Of a DNA stretch of 64,000 bases, positions 36,876 to 49,940 are shown piece by piece. The stretch comes from Macrostomum hystrix (lineage: Eukaryota > Animalia > Platyhelminthes). The translations under genes and the position numbers were made by a program. The notes under the pieces are model-generated. The model saw nothing but the letters and a program-made list of their open reading frames with translations, had not been told where the DNA came from and did no database searches. Numbering within the stretch: the first letter of the stretch is position 1; the number at the start of each line of letters is the position of its first letter. The stretch covers positions 25,978,001 to 26,042,000 of the forward strand of contig CATNEN010000001.1 in assembly GCA_950097015.1 (NCBI GenBank), written 5' to 3'.

Positions 36876-38700
36876 TTAAACCTGTCAAAAATAAATGCCT
36901 GTGGCTCAATAAGCCTTTCAGTTTCAAGTTTTAAATCTGTATAAATTGTGATAGTTTTCACATTTTAAGATGAAAATGCTTTGGTCTTCTTGGGTTTAGA
37001 ACTACGAATGTTTAGTACGCTAATAAGGATTAGCAACGAAACAGGTGTCACTCGTCGCTAGACACCAGTTTAGAAATAACAACAACAGCCTAATTGATTT
37101 AGGATTAAATGGAATTTGTCAAGACTGCCCAGAAGAGAAATTCTCCCTGCAGTCCCTGTAGTCCATTGGATGTGCAAGAATTTGTAAAAAAAGATGGAAG
37201 CGATCGAGTCATCTAGCTGGCGAACAAGATTGTTTGCGTAGCGGGCGCCAGTCATTGCTGAGGCAATTGCTGCAGCTATCACTGAAGTCCTCAGTTGCTA
37301 GCTATCAAACGGATCGGAGTTTGTTATTTTATTATTTCTTAGCGACGACTTCAACTCGCGGAAGAGCTCCAATGACGCTAGCTGCGCCTGCCTGTCCGTC
37401 TGCCTTCACACGGTCTGTCTAAGAGCCCCAGACCACAATTAGAATTATTAATGCAGGCCAATATTCATCGGCATCATTTCAGTGAAACCGGTCGGGGAAC
37501 AGCAGCAATATCATGGCAGCCCCCTGAGTCACATGGCATAGCCAATGAAGATCGCATACAACAGGGTGAAAGTCACGAACACTTTCTTGTCTGTCTGTGT
37601 CTGTGTGTGTCTGTGTGTGTCTGTGTGTGCGTGTGCTGTGCGCCATTCGTTAAACTAACACATAACGATTAAACCTGATGATCCTTCCAGTGGAAAACTA
37701 TCTCAACAGCCTAGCTATAGAGAATGTGGTTTAAAATTCGAGCCTAGGCTTGCATAGAAACAATATACTGGGGCTTGTACTTAATTATGGGAACTTAATT
37801 GCATAGAAACAATCACCTGCCAGTGGCATTATTAGACAGACGATGCGCACTAAAATATGTGACTCAGACGGGTCAATCGTGCAAACAGCAGTAGATTAAC
37901 GCTGCCCACACATTAGTAAGGTACAAGCTGAGGTGGGGCTGTGACTCATTCATCAGCTATATACGTCACTCTCTTCTGCAATTGTTTCCACTCTCTCAGC
38001 TGCAGTCCTCAATGAGGACCCAAGAACTACAATTCGCGTAGTGCCCGATCGCGCGCACAATAGAAAGAGGAAGGTGTGAAAATAGTGAAATAAAGACACG
38101 CGACTCATCACGACTGAAAATTTCCCGCGCCTAGCCGGGCGGAGATCCCAAAATAGGAAGTATGAGAATCTACAAGCTATGAGTTTTCTAGATCCTCATA
38201 ACTGCAGCTGCATTAGACTCAGTGCACAAAGGAAACCCACAAGCTGTAGCCATAGTCAGAAAAGGGAAAACTATAGTAGTTCCTGAGCACACAGCCTTCT
38301 TAAGGGCCAAGCAATGTAACTAAACAGTAGAGAGTGAAGATTTTCTAGCAATTGTAGCCACACTGAAAGAAACTTTTTTGATTCAACGCGGCAGACCACA
38401 GCGAGCAGCAAGTCTTTGAAGGCTCGAGATGGAAATTTTACACCTGCTTGGAAGCTTAATGGATTCTGTTGGAGCAGCAATTATCGATTGAAACTAGATG
38501 CTCATTACAATGTTCCACATGGCTACACGCTAAGATAAAAAGCATCATCACACTTGCAGAGTTACATGACAGCTTTTATTGAAGCTGAACTGACCGTCAC
38601 TTAGTTCAATACTTAACGTTTCTGTGCATTCTTACAAACTTATTTTCGGAAACATAATCAAGAATAATGAGCAATGGAATCAGAGATTTAAAATGCATCG

Positions 38701-39581
38701 GATTTCTTTAAAGATTCGGAGTTTCTAGAAGTTTCGGAGTTCTTAAAAGTTTCGGAGTTTCTAGAAGTTTCGCAGTTCCTGGAAGTTTCGGAGTTTCTAG
38801 AATTTTCGGAGTTCCTGGAAGTTTCGGAGTTTCTAGAAGTTTCGGAGTTCTTAAAAGTTTCGGAGTTCCTGGAAGTTTCGGAGTTTCTAGAAGTTTCGGA
38901 GTTTCTCAGAAGTTTCGGAGTTTCTAGAAGTTTCGGAGTTTCTAGAAGTTTCGGAGTTTCTCAGAAGTTTCGGAGTTTCTAGAAGTTTCGGAGTTTCTAG
39001 AAGTTTCGGAGTTTCTAGAAGTTTCGGAGTTTCTAGAAGTTTCGGAGTTCCTGGAAGTTTCGGAGTTTCTAGAAGTTTCGGAGTTTCTAGAGGTTTCGGA
39101 GTTCCTGGAAGTTTCGGAGTTTCTAGAAGTTTCGGAGTTCTTAAAAGTTTCGGAGTTCCTGGAAGTTTCGGAGTTTCTAGAATTTTCAGAGTTTCTAGAA
39201 GTTTCGGAGTTTCTAGAATTTTCAGAGTTCCTGGAAGTTTCGGAGTTTCTAGAAGTTTCGGAGTTTCTAGAAGTTTCGAAGTTTCTAGAAGTTTCGGAGT
39301 TTCTAGAAGTTTCGGAGTTTCTAGAAGTTTCGGAGTTCCTGGAAATTTCGGAGTTTCTAGAATTTTCGGAGTTTCTAGAGGTTTCGGAGTTCCTGGAAGT
39401 TTCGGAGTTTCTAGAAGTTTCGGAGTTCTTAAAAGTTTCGGAGTTCCTGGAAGTTTCGGAGTTTCTAGAATTTTCAGAGTTCCTGGAAGTTTCGGAGTTT
39501 CTAGAATTTTCGGAGTTCCTGGAAGTTTCAGAGTTCCTGGAAGTTTCGGAGTTTCTAGAAGTTTCAGAGTTTCTAGAAGTT
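38701..39581. repeat. Minisatellite, 18-bp unit AGAAGTTTCGGAGTTTCT, ~48 copies
   Basis: Tandem repeats with TTCTAGAA / TTCCTGGAA / TTCTTAAAA variants. Confidence 0.96.
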
Positions 39582-40287
39582 TGTGAGCACTTTAGTTTTA
39601 ATTTGGCAGGTAATTTTCAAGGCACTTATCACTGAATCTTGGACAATTATTCACCCATTTCAGTGAATTTGTCCAGTGCAGACTGATACCGAGTCCAATA
39701 GTCCAGTTGAATCACTTATTACATCTGAATTAAAACTGAATTTAGAATCTTACAACATCACAATATTTCAGCAGCAGGAAGGCCACAGAACAGACTACCT
39801 GGCCTGCGAAACCCTCCAACCACACCCAAGCCAACCAGTTTGTTACAATCAGCGAAAAAAAATTAGCCAGGTAAAAATCGAAGCAAAAGTAGGAAAGTTT
39901 GGCAACCAAATCCTTAAAAGATTTGGATATTCTTCCTCAATAAAAGCAGGAAAACCGAGAAAGAAAAAATCACTGCCTCTTTTGGAATGTAAAGGAATCG
40001 AAGAAAGTGAAATATAATAGAGATTTCGACGAAATTTTGCTAGAAAGGCATGGAGTCTCACGACAGTGTGTGGCGTCAAAACTGCTACAAAATAAATGTA
40101 AGCACCTATTTAGAAGCTGGAAGGCAAAAATATATTCGAGAAAAAAATCATACAATCCCACCATTAACACCTTAACGACCAAATACAAATATATAAAAAA
40201 GACGAAATTCTTTCAGAGGAATTCAAAACAAAAATATGGCTTCAGGCCCACCAAAGATTAAAACAATCAACATGAGATTATTTCTTA

Positions 40288-41516
40288 CATTAGAATCAGT
40301 AATCCAAAATTAGAATACCCAATCTGACATTATAACCCCACTGTAAAATTAGATACAATCCCAATCTGATATTAGAATCCCACTGTAAAATTAGATAGAA
40401 TCCCAATCTGAAATTAGAATCCCCAATCTGAAATTATAATCCCAATGTAAAATTAGATAGAATCCCCATCTAAAATTAGAATCCCCAATCTGACATTAGA
40501 ATCCCAATGTAAAATTAGATAGAATCCCAATCTGACATTAGAATCCCCAATCTGACATTAGAATCCCCAATTTGACATTAGAATCCCCAATCTGACATTA
40601 GAATCCCAATGTAAAATTAGATAGAATCCCAATCTGACATTAGAATCCCCAATCCGAAATTAGAATCCCACTGTAAAATTAGATAGAATCCCAATCTGAA
40701 ATTAGAATCCCCAATCTAACATTAGAATCCCCAATCCGAAATTACAATCCCCAATCTGACATTAGAATCCCAAATTTGACATAAGAATCCCAATGTAAAA
40801 TTAGATAGAATCCCAATCTGACATTAGAATCCCCAATCCGAAATTAGAATCCCCAATCTGACATTAGAATCCCCAATCCGAAATTAGAATCCCTAATCTG
40901 ACATTAGAACCCCACTGTAAAATTAGATAGAATCCCAATCTGACATTAGAATCCCAATGTAAAATTAGATAGAATCCCAATCTCACATTAGAATCCCACT
41001 GTAAAATTAGATAGAATCCCAATCTCACATTAGAATCCCACTGTCAAATTAGATAGAATCCCAATCTCACATTAGAATCCCACTGTAAAATTAGATAGAA
41101 TCCCAATCTCACATTAGAATCCCACTGTCAAATTAGATAGAATCCCAATCTCACATTAGAATCCCACTGTCAAATTAGATAGAATCCCAATCTCACATTA
41201 GAATCCCATTGTAAAATTAGATAGAATCCCAATCTCACATTAGAATCCCACTGTCAAATTAGATAGAATCCCAATTTAAAATTAGATAGAATCTCAATCT
41301 GAAATTAGAATATCCAATCTGACATTAGAATCCCAATCTGATATTAGAATCCCAATCTGACATTAGAATCCCAACCTGACATTAGAATCCCAATCTGACA
41401 TTAGAATCCCAATCTGACATTAGAATCCCAATCTGACATTAGAATCCCAATCTGACATCAGAATATCCAATCTGACATCAGAATCCCCAATCTGACATCC
41501 GAATCCCAATCTGACA
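40288..41516. repeat. Composite minisatellite, 19-20-bp AGAATCCC(C)AATCTGACATT units interleaved with AGAATCCCACTGTAAAATTAGAT units
   Basis: Tandem repeats. Confidence 0.94.
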
Positions 41517-42033
41517 GTAAAATTGCATTCCATAAAAATCTGACGTGTCGAAAAAAATGAATTTTCGCGAGTGCTTTTGACCTTGGTCGCTGCTTACCAA
41601 AGTGCCACTCCTTTTAAGTTTGAAACTAGGATAAAAATGAAAAAAACTGCGAAATTGCGACGGGGGAAAATTGCCTAGCCTTAATTAGGTTTTGCAGAGC
41701 TCTAAGAACCGGTAAACTGATATTTCACAGTTGAATTCCAGTATGCTGGAGTTTTAGCGCATTCGCTACAGTACCAGACTGTGTTGTCTGTTTAGTCCTG
41801 AAATCGTGCTTTTCAGTGAATTAGTCGCGCATTACCGATTCACAAAAAGTGACCTGCGCAGATACCGTCACAATCTTCGCAGTGCAGACCTATGAGACAA
41901 TTGCTTCAAGAGTTCCAGAAAAAAATGAATTCATAAATATATTTCTTTGAAGTAGTGAACGTTTGCAAGCTTAATTAGTCTCAGCGAAATAATACTCATG
42001 AATCCAAAAAATCAGAAGGTCATTTGAGCCTAC

Positions 42034-42822
42034 TAAATGACTTCTCATACCGCCTCCAAAATGACTACTCATACGGTCTCCTAAATGGTTGCTCATAAAG
42101 CCTCCTAAATGACTACTCATACGGTCTCCTAAATGGTTGCTCATAAAGCCTCCTAAATGACTACTCATACGGTCTCCTAAATGGTTGCTCATAAAGCCTC
42201 CTAAATGACTACTCATACGGTCTCCTAAATGGTTGCTCATAAAGCCTCCTAAATGACTACTCATACGGTCTCCTAAATGGTTGCTCATAAAGCCTCCTAA
42301 ATGACTACTCATACGGTCTCCTAAATGGTTGCTCATACGGCCTCGCAAATGACTGCTCATAAAGCCTCCAAAATGACTGCTCATACGCACTCCAAAATGG
42401 CTGCTCATACGGCCCCGTAAATGACTGCTAATACGGCCTCCTTACTGACTGCTCATACAGCCTCCTATATGTATAAGACTGCTCATACGGCCTCCAAAAC
42501 GGCTGTTCATACGGCCTTCTAAATAGTTGCTCATACGGCCTCCGAAATAACTCCCCATACGGCCTCCAAAATAACTCCCCATACGGCCTCGAAAATGGCT
42601 GCTCATACGGCCTCGAAAATGGCTGCTCATACGGCCTCGAAAATGGCTGCTCATACGGCCTCCAAAATGGCTGCTCATACGGCCTCCAAAATGGCTGCTC
42701 ATACGGCCTCCAAAATGGCTGCTCATACGGCCTCCAAAATGGCTGCTCATACGGCCTCGAAAATGGCTGCTCATACGGCCTCCAAAATGGCTGCTCATAC
42801 GGCCTCATAAATGACCACTCAT
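42034..42822. repeat. Minisatellite, 24-bp unit AAATGGCTGCTCATACGGCCTCCA (48-bp dimer in the left half)
   Basis: Tandem repeats; 8-aa periodicity in the ORF track. Confidence 0.95.
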
Positions 42823-43234
42823 TTGCCGACTAAATAAGCTCTCATTGTGGCAAAAAAGGAGCAAAAAGGTCGCGAAAATCGGAAAAGATTCTTGAACAAA
42901 TATCCCTAAAATTATCCAAGCTAAATAAGAGAGAGAAAATGTGCAAACAAGGGGAGGTAGAGCTCAGAAACACAGACAAACAGTACAGTGGGTTTGGCAA
43001 TCTTGAACTAGTTGTCTCGGAATCCAAGCTAGATTATGAAATTGAATTCTATATATCAGATTTAAAATTCCTCCTTAATCCTATTATTCTCCTGCTCTTC
43101 GCTCTGGTCTCTCGGCCTCTACAAAAAAACTAGCGAGAAGAGAAGCTTTGTGGTTGACAAAAGCGCCCCGCCCACTTCAGGCGCTCAGGGGCTAAAATGG
43201 GGGGGAATACTGACACACGGACCGAAACTCTGTT

Positions 43235-43267
<33 letters not shown>

Positions 43268-43799
43268 GGGCGGGCCAGTTTTCTTCAATTGATCTCGCCT
43301 CACAACGGGAAGCAAAGAAGGCCGAACAAAGACACAGAGGCACACACTCCGTCTCAGCCAGGAGGGGAAATATCTACACATTCCCGGGCACAGACCAACA
43401 GACTGGGAAGGAAGTTCTCAATTGAAGAATAAAAAATTCTGATTCAAAAACCTTATTTTCTTTTCGCTTCTCTCCTTGAAAATCTTCTTGCGCAGCAACC
43501 CAATCCCAATCTCAATCCCAACCCGATCTCAACAGCAGCGGAAGAGACAGTCGGGCTATTGCCGGCCGGGGAAGCCAAAGCTAGAAGGGATTTCCTGTTG
43601 CAGAATTTTTTATTCTGCTTTTAATTACAGAATACTTTTTATTAGTTCAAAAAGCTGGCCAGCTCGAGCGCCTTTTTATTGTTCCGCCTGGCAAGCCTTT
43701 GATAAAATAAATAGCTTTTATTATTGCCAAATCAATCCACTTTCTTAGATCGTTCGCAACGGAATAACAACTGAAGTATGGAGACACTCCCTGACTGTC

Positions 43800-44540
43800 T
43801 CAATCTACTACTCATTCCTCTCATTCTACTTATCTACATCTCAATCTACTAACTACCTGTCAATCTTCCAATCTACTTCTGACACTACCAACCTACCTCT
43901 CACTATAGGAATCTATCTCATACTCCACCAATCTAATCTACTTCTCACAGTGAGAATCTACCTCTCACTCGACTAATCTATCCCTCACTCTACCAATCTA
44001 CTTCTCTCCTGCCAATCTACCTCTCACTATCAATCTACCTCTCACTATCAATCTACCTCTCACTATCAATCTACCTCTCACCAACCAATCTACCACACAC
44101 TCTACTAATCAACCTCTCACCTGCCAATCTACCTCTCACTCTACTAATCTACCTCTCACCTACCAATCTACCTCTCACCTACCAATCTACCTCACACCCT
44201 CCTAATCTACCTCTCACCTACCACTCTACCTCTCACTATCAATCTACCTCTCACCTACCAATCTACCTCACACTCTACTAATCTACCTCTCACCTACCAA
44301 TCTACCTCACACTCTACTAATCTACCTCTCACCTACCAATCTACCTCACACTCTACTAATCTACCTCTCACCTACCAATCTACCTCACACTCTACTAATC
44401 TACCTCTCACCTACCAATCTATCCCTCACTCTACCAATCTACCTCTCACTCTACCAATCTACCTCTCACTTTACTAATCGAACTCTCACCTACCAATCTA
44501 CCTCTCACTCTACTAATCTACTTCTCAATCTACCAATCTC
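43800..44540. repeat. Degenerate, nearly G-free minisatellite, ~17-21-bp unit CTACCAATCTACCTCTCACT
   Basis: Tandem repeats. Confidence 0.92.
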
Positions 44541-45380
44541 TCACTTATCAGATTTTCATGTTCCTCCTCATATTCAAGATATTCTATCTCACGCACGGCA
44601 GCGCCCACTGTTTCATAGCGCATAGAATCACCAACGCCACTAATCCAGCCCTGTCTCTCATTTAGTTTTTCTCTTTCTGGTCAATTGTTTCCAGCAGAGC
44701 TGACGGCCCCTCTTGCCGACACAATAAACAGTCGGCAGATACAGACTGGCAGGTCCGGTGAACAACACCGCAGAGGGAGAAATTGTTAACAACAAGAGGC
44801 CGGGGGTCTCGCACCGGCCACCCTTTTGTTAGAACAGCCCCTTTAACCCAGCCCAGCCCAAAGCCGGCTAGACCTTGCGCAGTCGGACCGGCACACAAAC
44901 AGCCGGGCAGGGCGGAGCTGTCAGTCAAGATAGCCGGCCGCCACCCCGCCCCCTGCTCCACCACCTGAAACAGACCGCTAATTCCGCCATGAAGCCCTTC
45001 CACCATTCATTCATTTCCCAACCATAAAGAGCCCACGCTATTTTTTTTCACCAGAATATCCCCACAGCTGATCCCCGACCACTGATCCCAGCACGGTCAG
45101 AAATAATTCCTCCCATATTTGCGCTACGGCAATGTCGACAAAAATCTTGAGAGATGGGACAATGGCAGTCATCTTATTGATTCTTCGTTTTTTCGGTGTT
45201 CGGCAAAAATAAAAAGCCCGGGTTTGCCGCTATGCTAATCCCCAGTGGGCTGAGATGGTACACGCCTTTGAGTAGCAATTTTAAAGATCCTAAAAATTTT
45301 ACATGCGATGCAGATTAACTCATTGTAGGAAAATTCTCGATCTGACCTCGAAATCCAAATATGGCATTAGAATCGTCCAT

Positions 45381-47905
45381 CCGACAGTAGAATCCCCAAT
45401 CTGATACTAGAATCCCTAATCTGATACTAGAATCACTAATCTGGTACTAGAATCCCTAATCTGATACTAGAATCCCCAATCTGATACTAGAATCCCTAAT
45501 CTGATACTAGAATCCCCAATCTGATACTAGAATCCCCAATCTGATACTAGAATCCCTAATCTGATACTAGAATCCCTAATCTGATACTAGAATCCCTAAT
45601 CTGATACTAGAATCCCTAATTTGATACTAGAATCCCTAATCTGATACTAGAATCACTAATCTGGTACTAGAATCCCTAATCTGATACTAGAATCCCCAAT
45701 CTGATACTAGAATCCCCAATCTGATACTAGAATCCCTAATCTGATACTAGAATCCCCAATCTGATACTAGAATCCCTAATCTGATACTAGAATCCCTAAT
45801 CTGATACTAGAATCCCTAATCTGATACTAGAATCCCTAATCTGATACTAGAATCCCTAATCTGATACTAGAATCCCCAATCTGATACTAGAATCCCTAAT
45901 CTGATACTAGAATCCCTAATCTGATACTAGAATCACTAATCTGATACTAGAATCCCTAATCTGATACTAGAATCCCTAATCTGATACTAGAATCCCTAAT
46001 CTGATACTAGAATCCCTAATCTGATACTAGAATCACTAATCTGATACTAGAATCACTAATCTGATACTAGAATCCCTAATCTGATACTAGAATCCCTAAT
46101 CTGATACTAGAATCCCTAATCTGATACTAGAATCCCTAATCTGATACTAGAATCCCTAATTTGATACTAGAATCCCTAATCTGATACTAGAATCCCTAAT
46201 TTGATACTAGAATCCCTAATCTGATACTAGAATCCCTAATCTGATACTAGAATCCCTAATCTGATACTAGAATCCCTAATCTGATACTAGAATCCCCAAT
46301 ATGATACTAGAATCCCTAATCTGATACTAGAATCCCTAATCTGATACTAGAATCACTAATCTGATACTAGAATCCCTAATCTGATACTAGAATCCCTAAT
46401 CTGATACTAGAATCCCTAATCTGATACTAGAATCCCTAATTTGATACTAGAATCCCTAATCTGATACTAGAATCCCTAATTTGATACTAGAATCCCTAAT
46501 CTGATACTAGAATCCCTAATCTGATACTAGAATCCCTAATCTGATACTAGAATCCCTAATCTGATACTAGAATCCCCAATATGATACTAGAATCCCTAAT
46601 CTGATACTAGAATCCCTAATCTGATACTAGAATCACTAATCTGATACTAGAATCCCTAATCTGATACTAGAATCCCCAATCTGATACTAGAATCCCTAAT
46701 CTGATACTAGAATCCCTAATCTGATACTAGAATCCCCAATCTGATACTAGAATCCCTAATCTGATACTAGAATCCCCAATCTGATACTAGAATCCCTAAT
46801 CTGATACTAGAATCCCTAATCTGATACTAGAATCCCTAATTTGATACTAGAATCCCTAATCTGATACTAGAATCCCTAATCTGATACTAGAATCCCTAAT
46901 CTGATACTAGAATCCCTAATCTGATACTAGAATCCCTAATCTGATACTAGAATCCCTAATCTGATACTAGAATCCCCAATCTGATACTAGAATCCCTAAT
47001 CTGATACTAGAATCCCTAATCTGATACTAGAATCCCTAATCTGATACTAGAATCCCTAATCTGATACTAGAATCCCTAATCTAATACTAGAATCCCTAAT
47101 CTGATACTAGAATCCCTAATCTGATAGTAGAATCCCAAATCTGATAGTAGAATCCCCATTCTGACGGTAAAATCCCCATTCTGACGGCAGAATCCCCATT
47201 CTGACGGTAAAATCCCCATTCTGACGGTAGAATCCCCATTCTGACGGTAGAATCCCCATTCTGACGGTAGAATCCCCATTCTGACGGCAGAATCCCCATT
47301 CTGACGGTAAAATCCCCATTCTGACGGTAGAATCCCCATTCTGACGGTAGAATCCCCATTCTGACGGCAGAATCCCCATTCTGACGGTAAAATCCCCATT
47401 CTGACGGCAGAATCCCCATTCTGACGGCAGAATCCCCATTCTGACGGCAGAATCCCCATTCTGACGGCAGAATCCCCATTCTGACGGTAAAATCCCCATT
47501 CTGACGGCAGAATCCCCATTCTGACGGTAGAATCCCCATTCTGACGGTAGAATCCCCATTCTGACGGCAGAATCCCCATTCTGACGGTAAAATCCCCATT
47601 CTGACGGTAGAATCCCCATTCTGACGGTAGAATCCCCATTCTGACGGCAGAATCCCCATTCTGACGGTAAAATCCCCATTCTGACGGCAGAATCCCCATT
47701 CTGACGGCAGAATCCCCATTCTGACGGCAGAATCCCCATTCTGACGGCAGAATCCCCATTCTGACGGTAAAATCCCCATTCTGACGGCAGAATCCCCATT
47801 CTGACGGCAGAATCCCCATTCTGACGGCAGAATCCCCATTCTGACGGCAGAATCCCCATTCTGACGGTAAAATCCCCATTCTGACGGCAGAATCCCAAGT
47901 CTGAC
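45381..47905. repeat. Two-part 20-bp minisatellite: CTGATACTAGAATCCCTAAT (~86 copies) then CTGACGGYAGAATCCCCATT (~37 copies)
   Basis: Tandem repeats in unbroken 20-bp register. Confidence 0.98.
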
Positions 47906-48769
47906 ATAATAATTAGAGATACTAGCATTCGCAATATTCTCAAGTCGCCATGTTCAGTTGAGTTATTAGTTAGTTGTTAGAATCCCCAACTGCTCTAAGA
48001 AGCCAATCTACTCAAACAGGTCCAGTTGCTCCATTTTCAGCCGTTGCCATAACATGCCAATAAGAAGCAGTTGAGTTCAGGTCGGAGAATTCCTTATCTT
48101 ATCCCAAAGCACACGCCTGGCAGCAATGGCCAGAGCAGGCCAGCCCCAGTGCGGTAGGCAGAGCTTTAATAATACATAGGGAGTGTCTAGGCAGGAACCA
48201 GACTAGCTGTTCTACTGAGTCAGATAATCATCCCAGCTACCTGAGCTGCCACATTGTTGGATCCAATGGGAAGCGAAGCACACAGGTAGATGAGACCGGG
48301 CGAGATTCGCATCGCACAGTCGCAATGAATATTGGCTGTGGAACAGCTGCAGTTTGCAGCACAACAGACAGCTAGTTTTTTTTAATGATTCAATTGAGCC
48401 ATCAGCAACAAAAATCTGCTGACAATAACCGCAAAGCGTAAATGCCTGACAAAAGCTGAAGAACAAAGCGCCACACATATCACTGCTTTTCAATCTTCTT
48501 CTTTCAGTCTGAATTTCCGCTTTCTAAATTTGAAAGAAACAAACCGCCTATTCAAACACAATACAAAATTTCACAGCCAAATAAATCTAATTTGTAACTC
48601 ACTCCGAGCTTCAGATTTTTGTTCATCCATCAGTTCCTAAATTTTGATCCTTTGATACAAAAAAGAACAAATAATAAAAACACTTTCTAATCTTCATTTG
48701 AAAGGCACAAAAAGTGTGTCCATCTAGATACGAAATGATCCGAGAAAACGTTTCAAAAACCAGATTTCC

Positions 48770-49940
48770 TGATCCTGATAAGAATCCTGATCCGTTATAA
48801 ATTACCAGTTTCTAAGAATCCTGATCCCTTATAACTTACCAGTTTCTAAGAATCCTGATCCATTATAAATTACCAGTTTCTAAGAATCCTGATCCCTTAT
48901 AAATTACCAGTTTCTAAGAATCCTGATCCCTTATAACTTACCAGTTTCTAAGAATCCTGATCCATTATAAATTACCAGTTTCTAAGAATCCTGATCCCTT
49001 ATAAATTAACAGTTTCTAAGAATCCTGATCCATTATAAATTACCAGTTTCTAAGAATCCTGATCCCTTATAAATTACCAGTTTCTAAGAATCCTGATCCA
49101 TTATAAATTACCAGTTTCTAAGAATCCTGATCCCTTATAAATTACCAGTTTCTAAGAATCCTGATCCCTTATAACTTACCAGTTTCTAAGAATCCTGATC
49201 CATTATAAATTACCAGTTTCTAAGAATCCTGATCCCTTATAAATTAACAGTTTCTAAGAATCCTGATCCATTATAAATTACCAGTTTCTAAGAATCCTGA
49301 TCCCTTATAAATTACCAGTTTCTAAGAATCCTGATCCCTTATAAATTACCAGTTTCTAAGAATCCTGATCCATTATAAATTACCAGTTTCTAAGAATCCT
49401 GATCCCTTATAAATTAACAGTTTCTAAGAATCCTGATCCATTATAAATTACCAGTTTCTAAGAATCCTGATCCCTTATAACTTGCCAGTTTCTAAGAATC
49501 CTGGTCCCTAATAACTTACCAGTTTCTAAGAATCCTGATCCATTATAAATTACCAGTTTCTAAGAATCCTGATCCCTTATAAATTACCAGTTTCTAAGAA
49601 TCCTGATCCATTATAAATTAACAGTTTCTAAGAATCCTGATCCCTTATAACTTACCAGTTTCTAAGAATCCTGGTCCCTTATAACTTACCAGTTTCTAAG
49701 AATCCTGGTCCCTTATAACTTACCAGTTTCTAAGAATCCTGATCCATTATAAATTACCAGTTTCTAAGAATCCTGATCTCTTATAACTTACCAGTTTCTA
49801 AGAATCCTGATCCATTATAAATTAACAGTTTCTAAGAATCCTGATCCATTATAAATTACCAGTTTCTAAGAATCCTGATCCCTTATAAATTAACAGTTTC
49901 TAAGAATCCTGATCTCTTATAAATTAACAGTTTCTAAGAA
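48770..49940. repeat. Minisatellite, 34-bp unit AAGAATCCTGATCCCTTATAAATTACCAGTTTCT, ~34 copies
   Basis: Tandem repeats. Confidence 0.97.
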
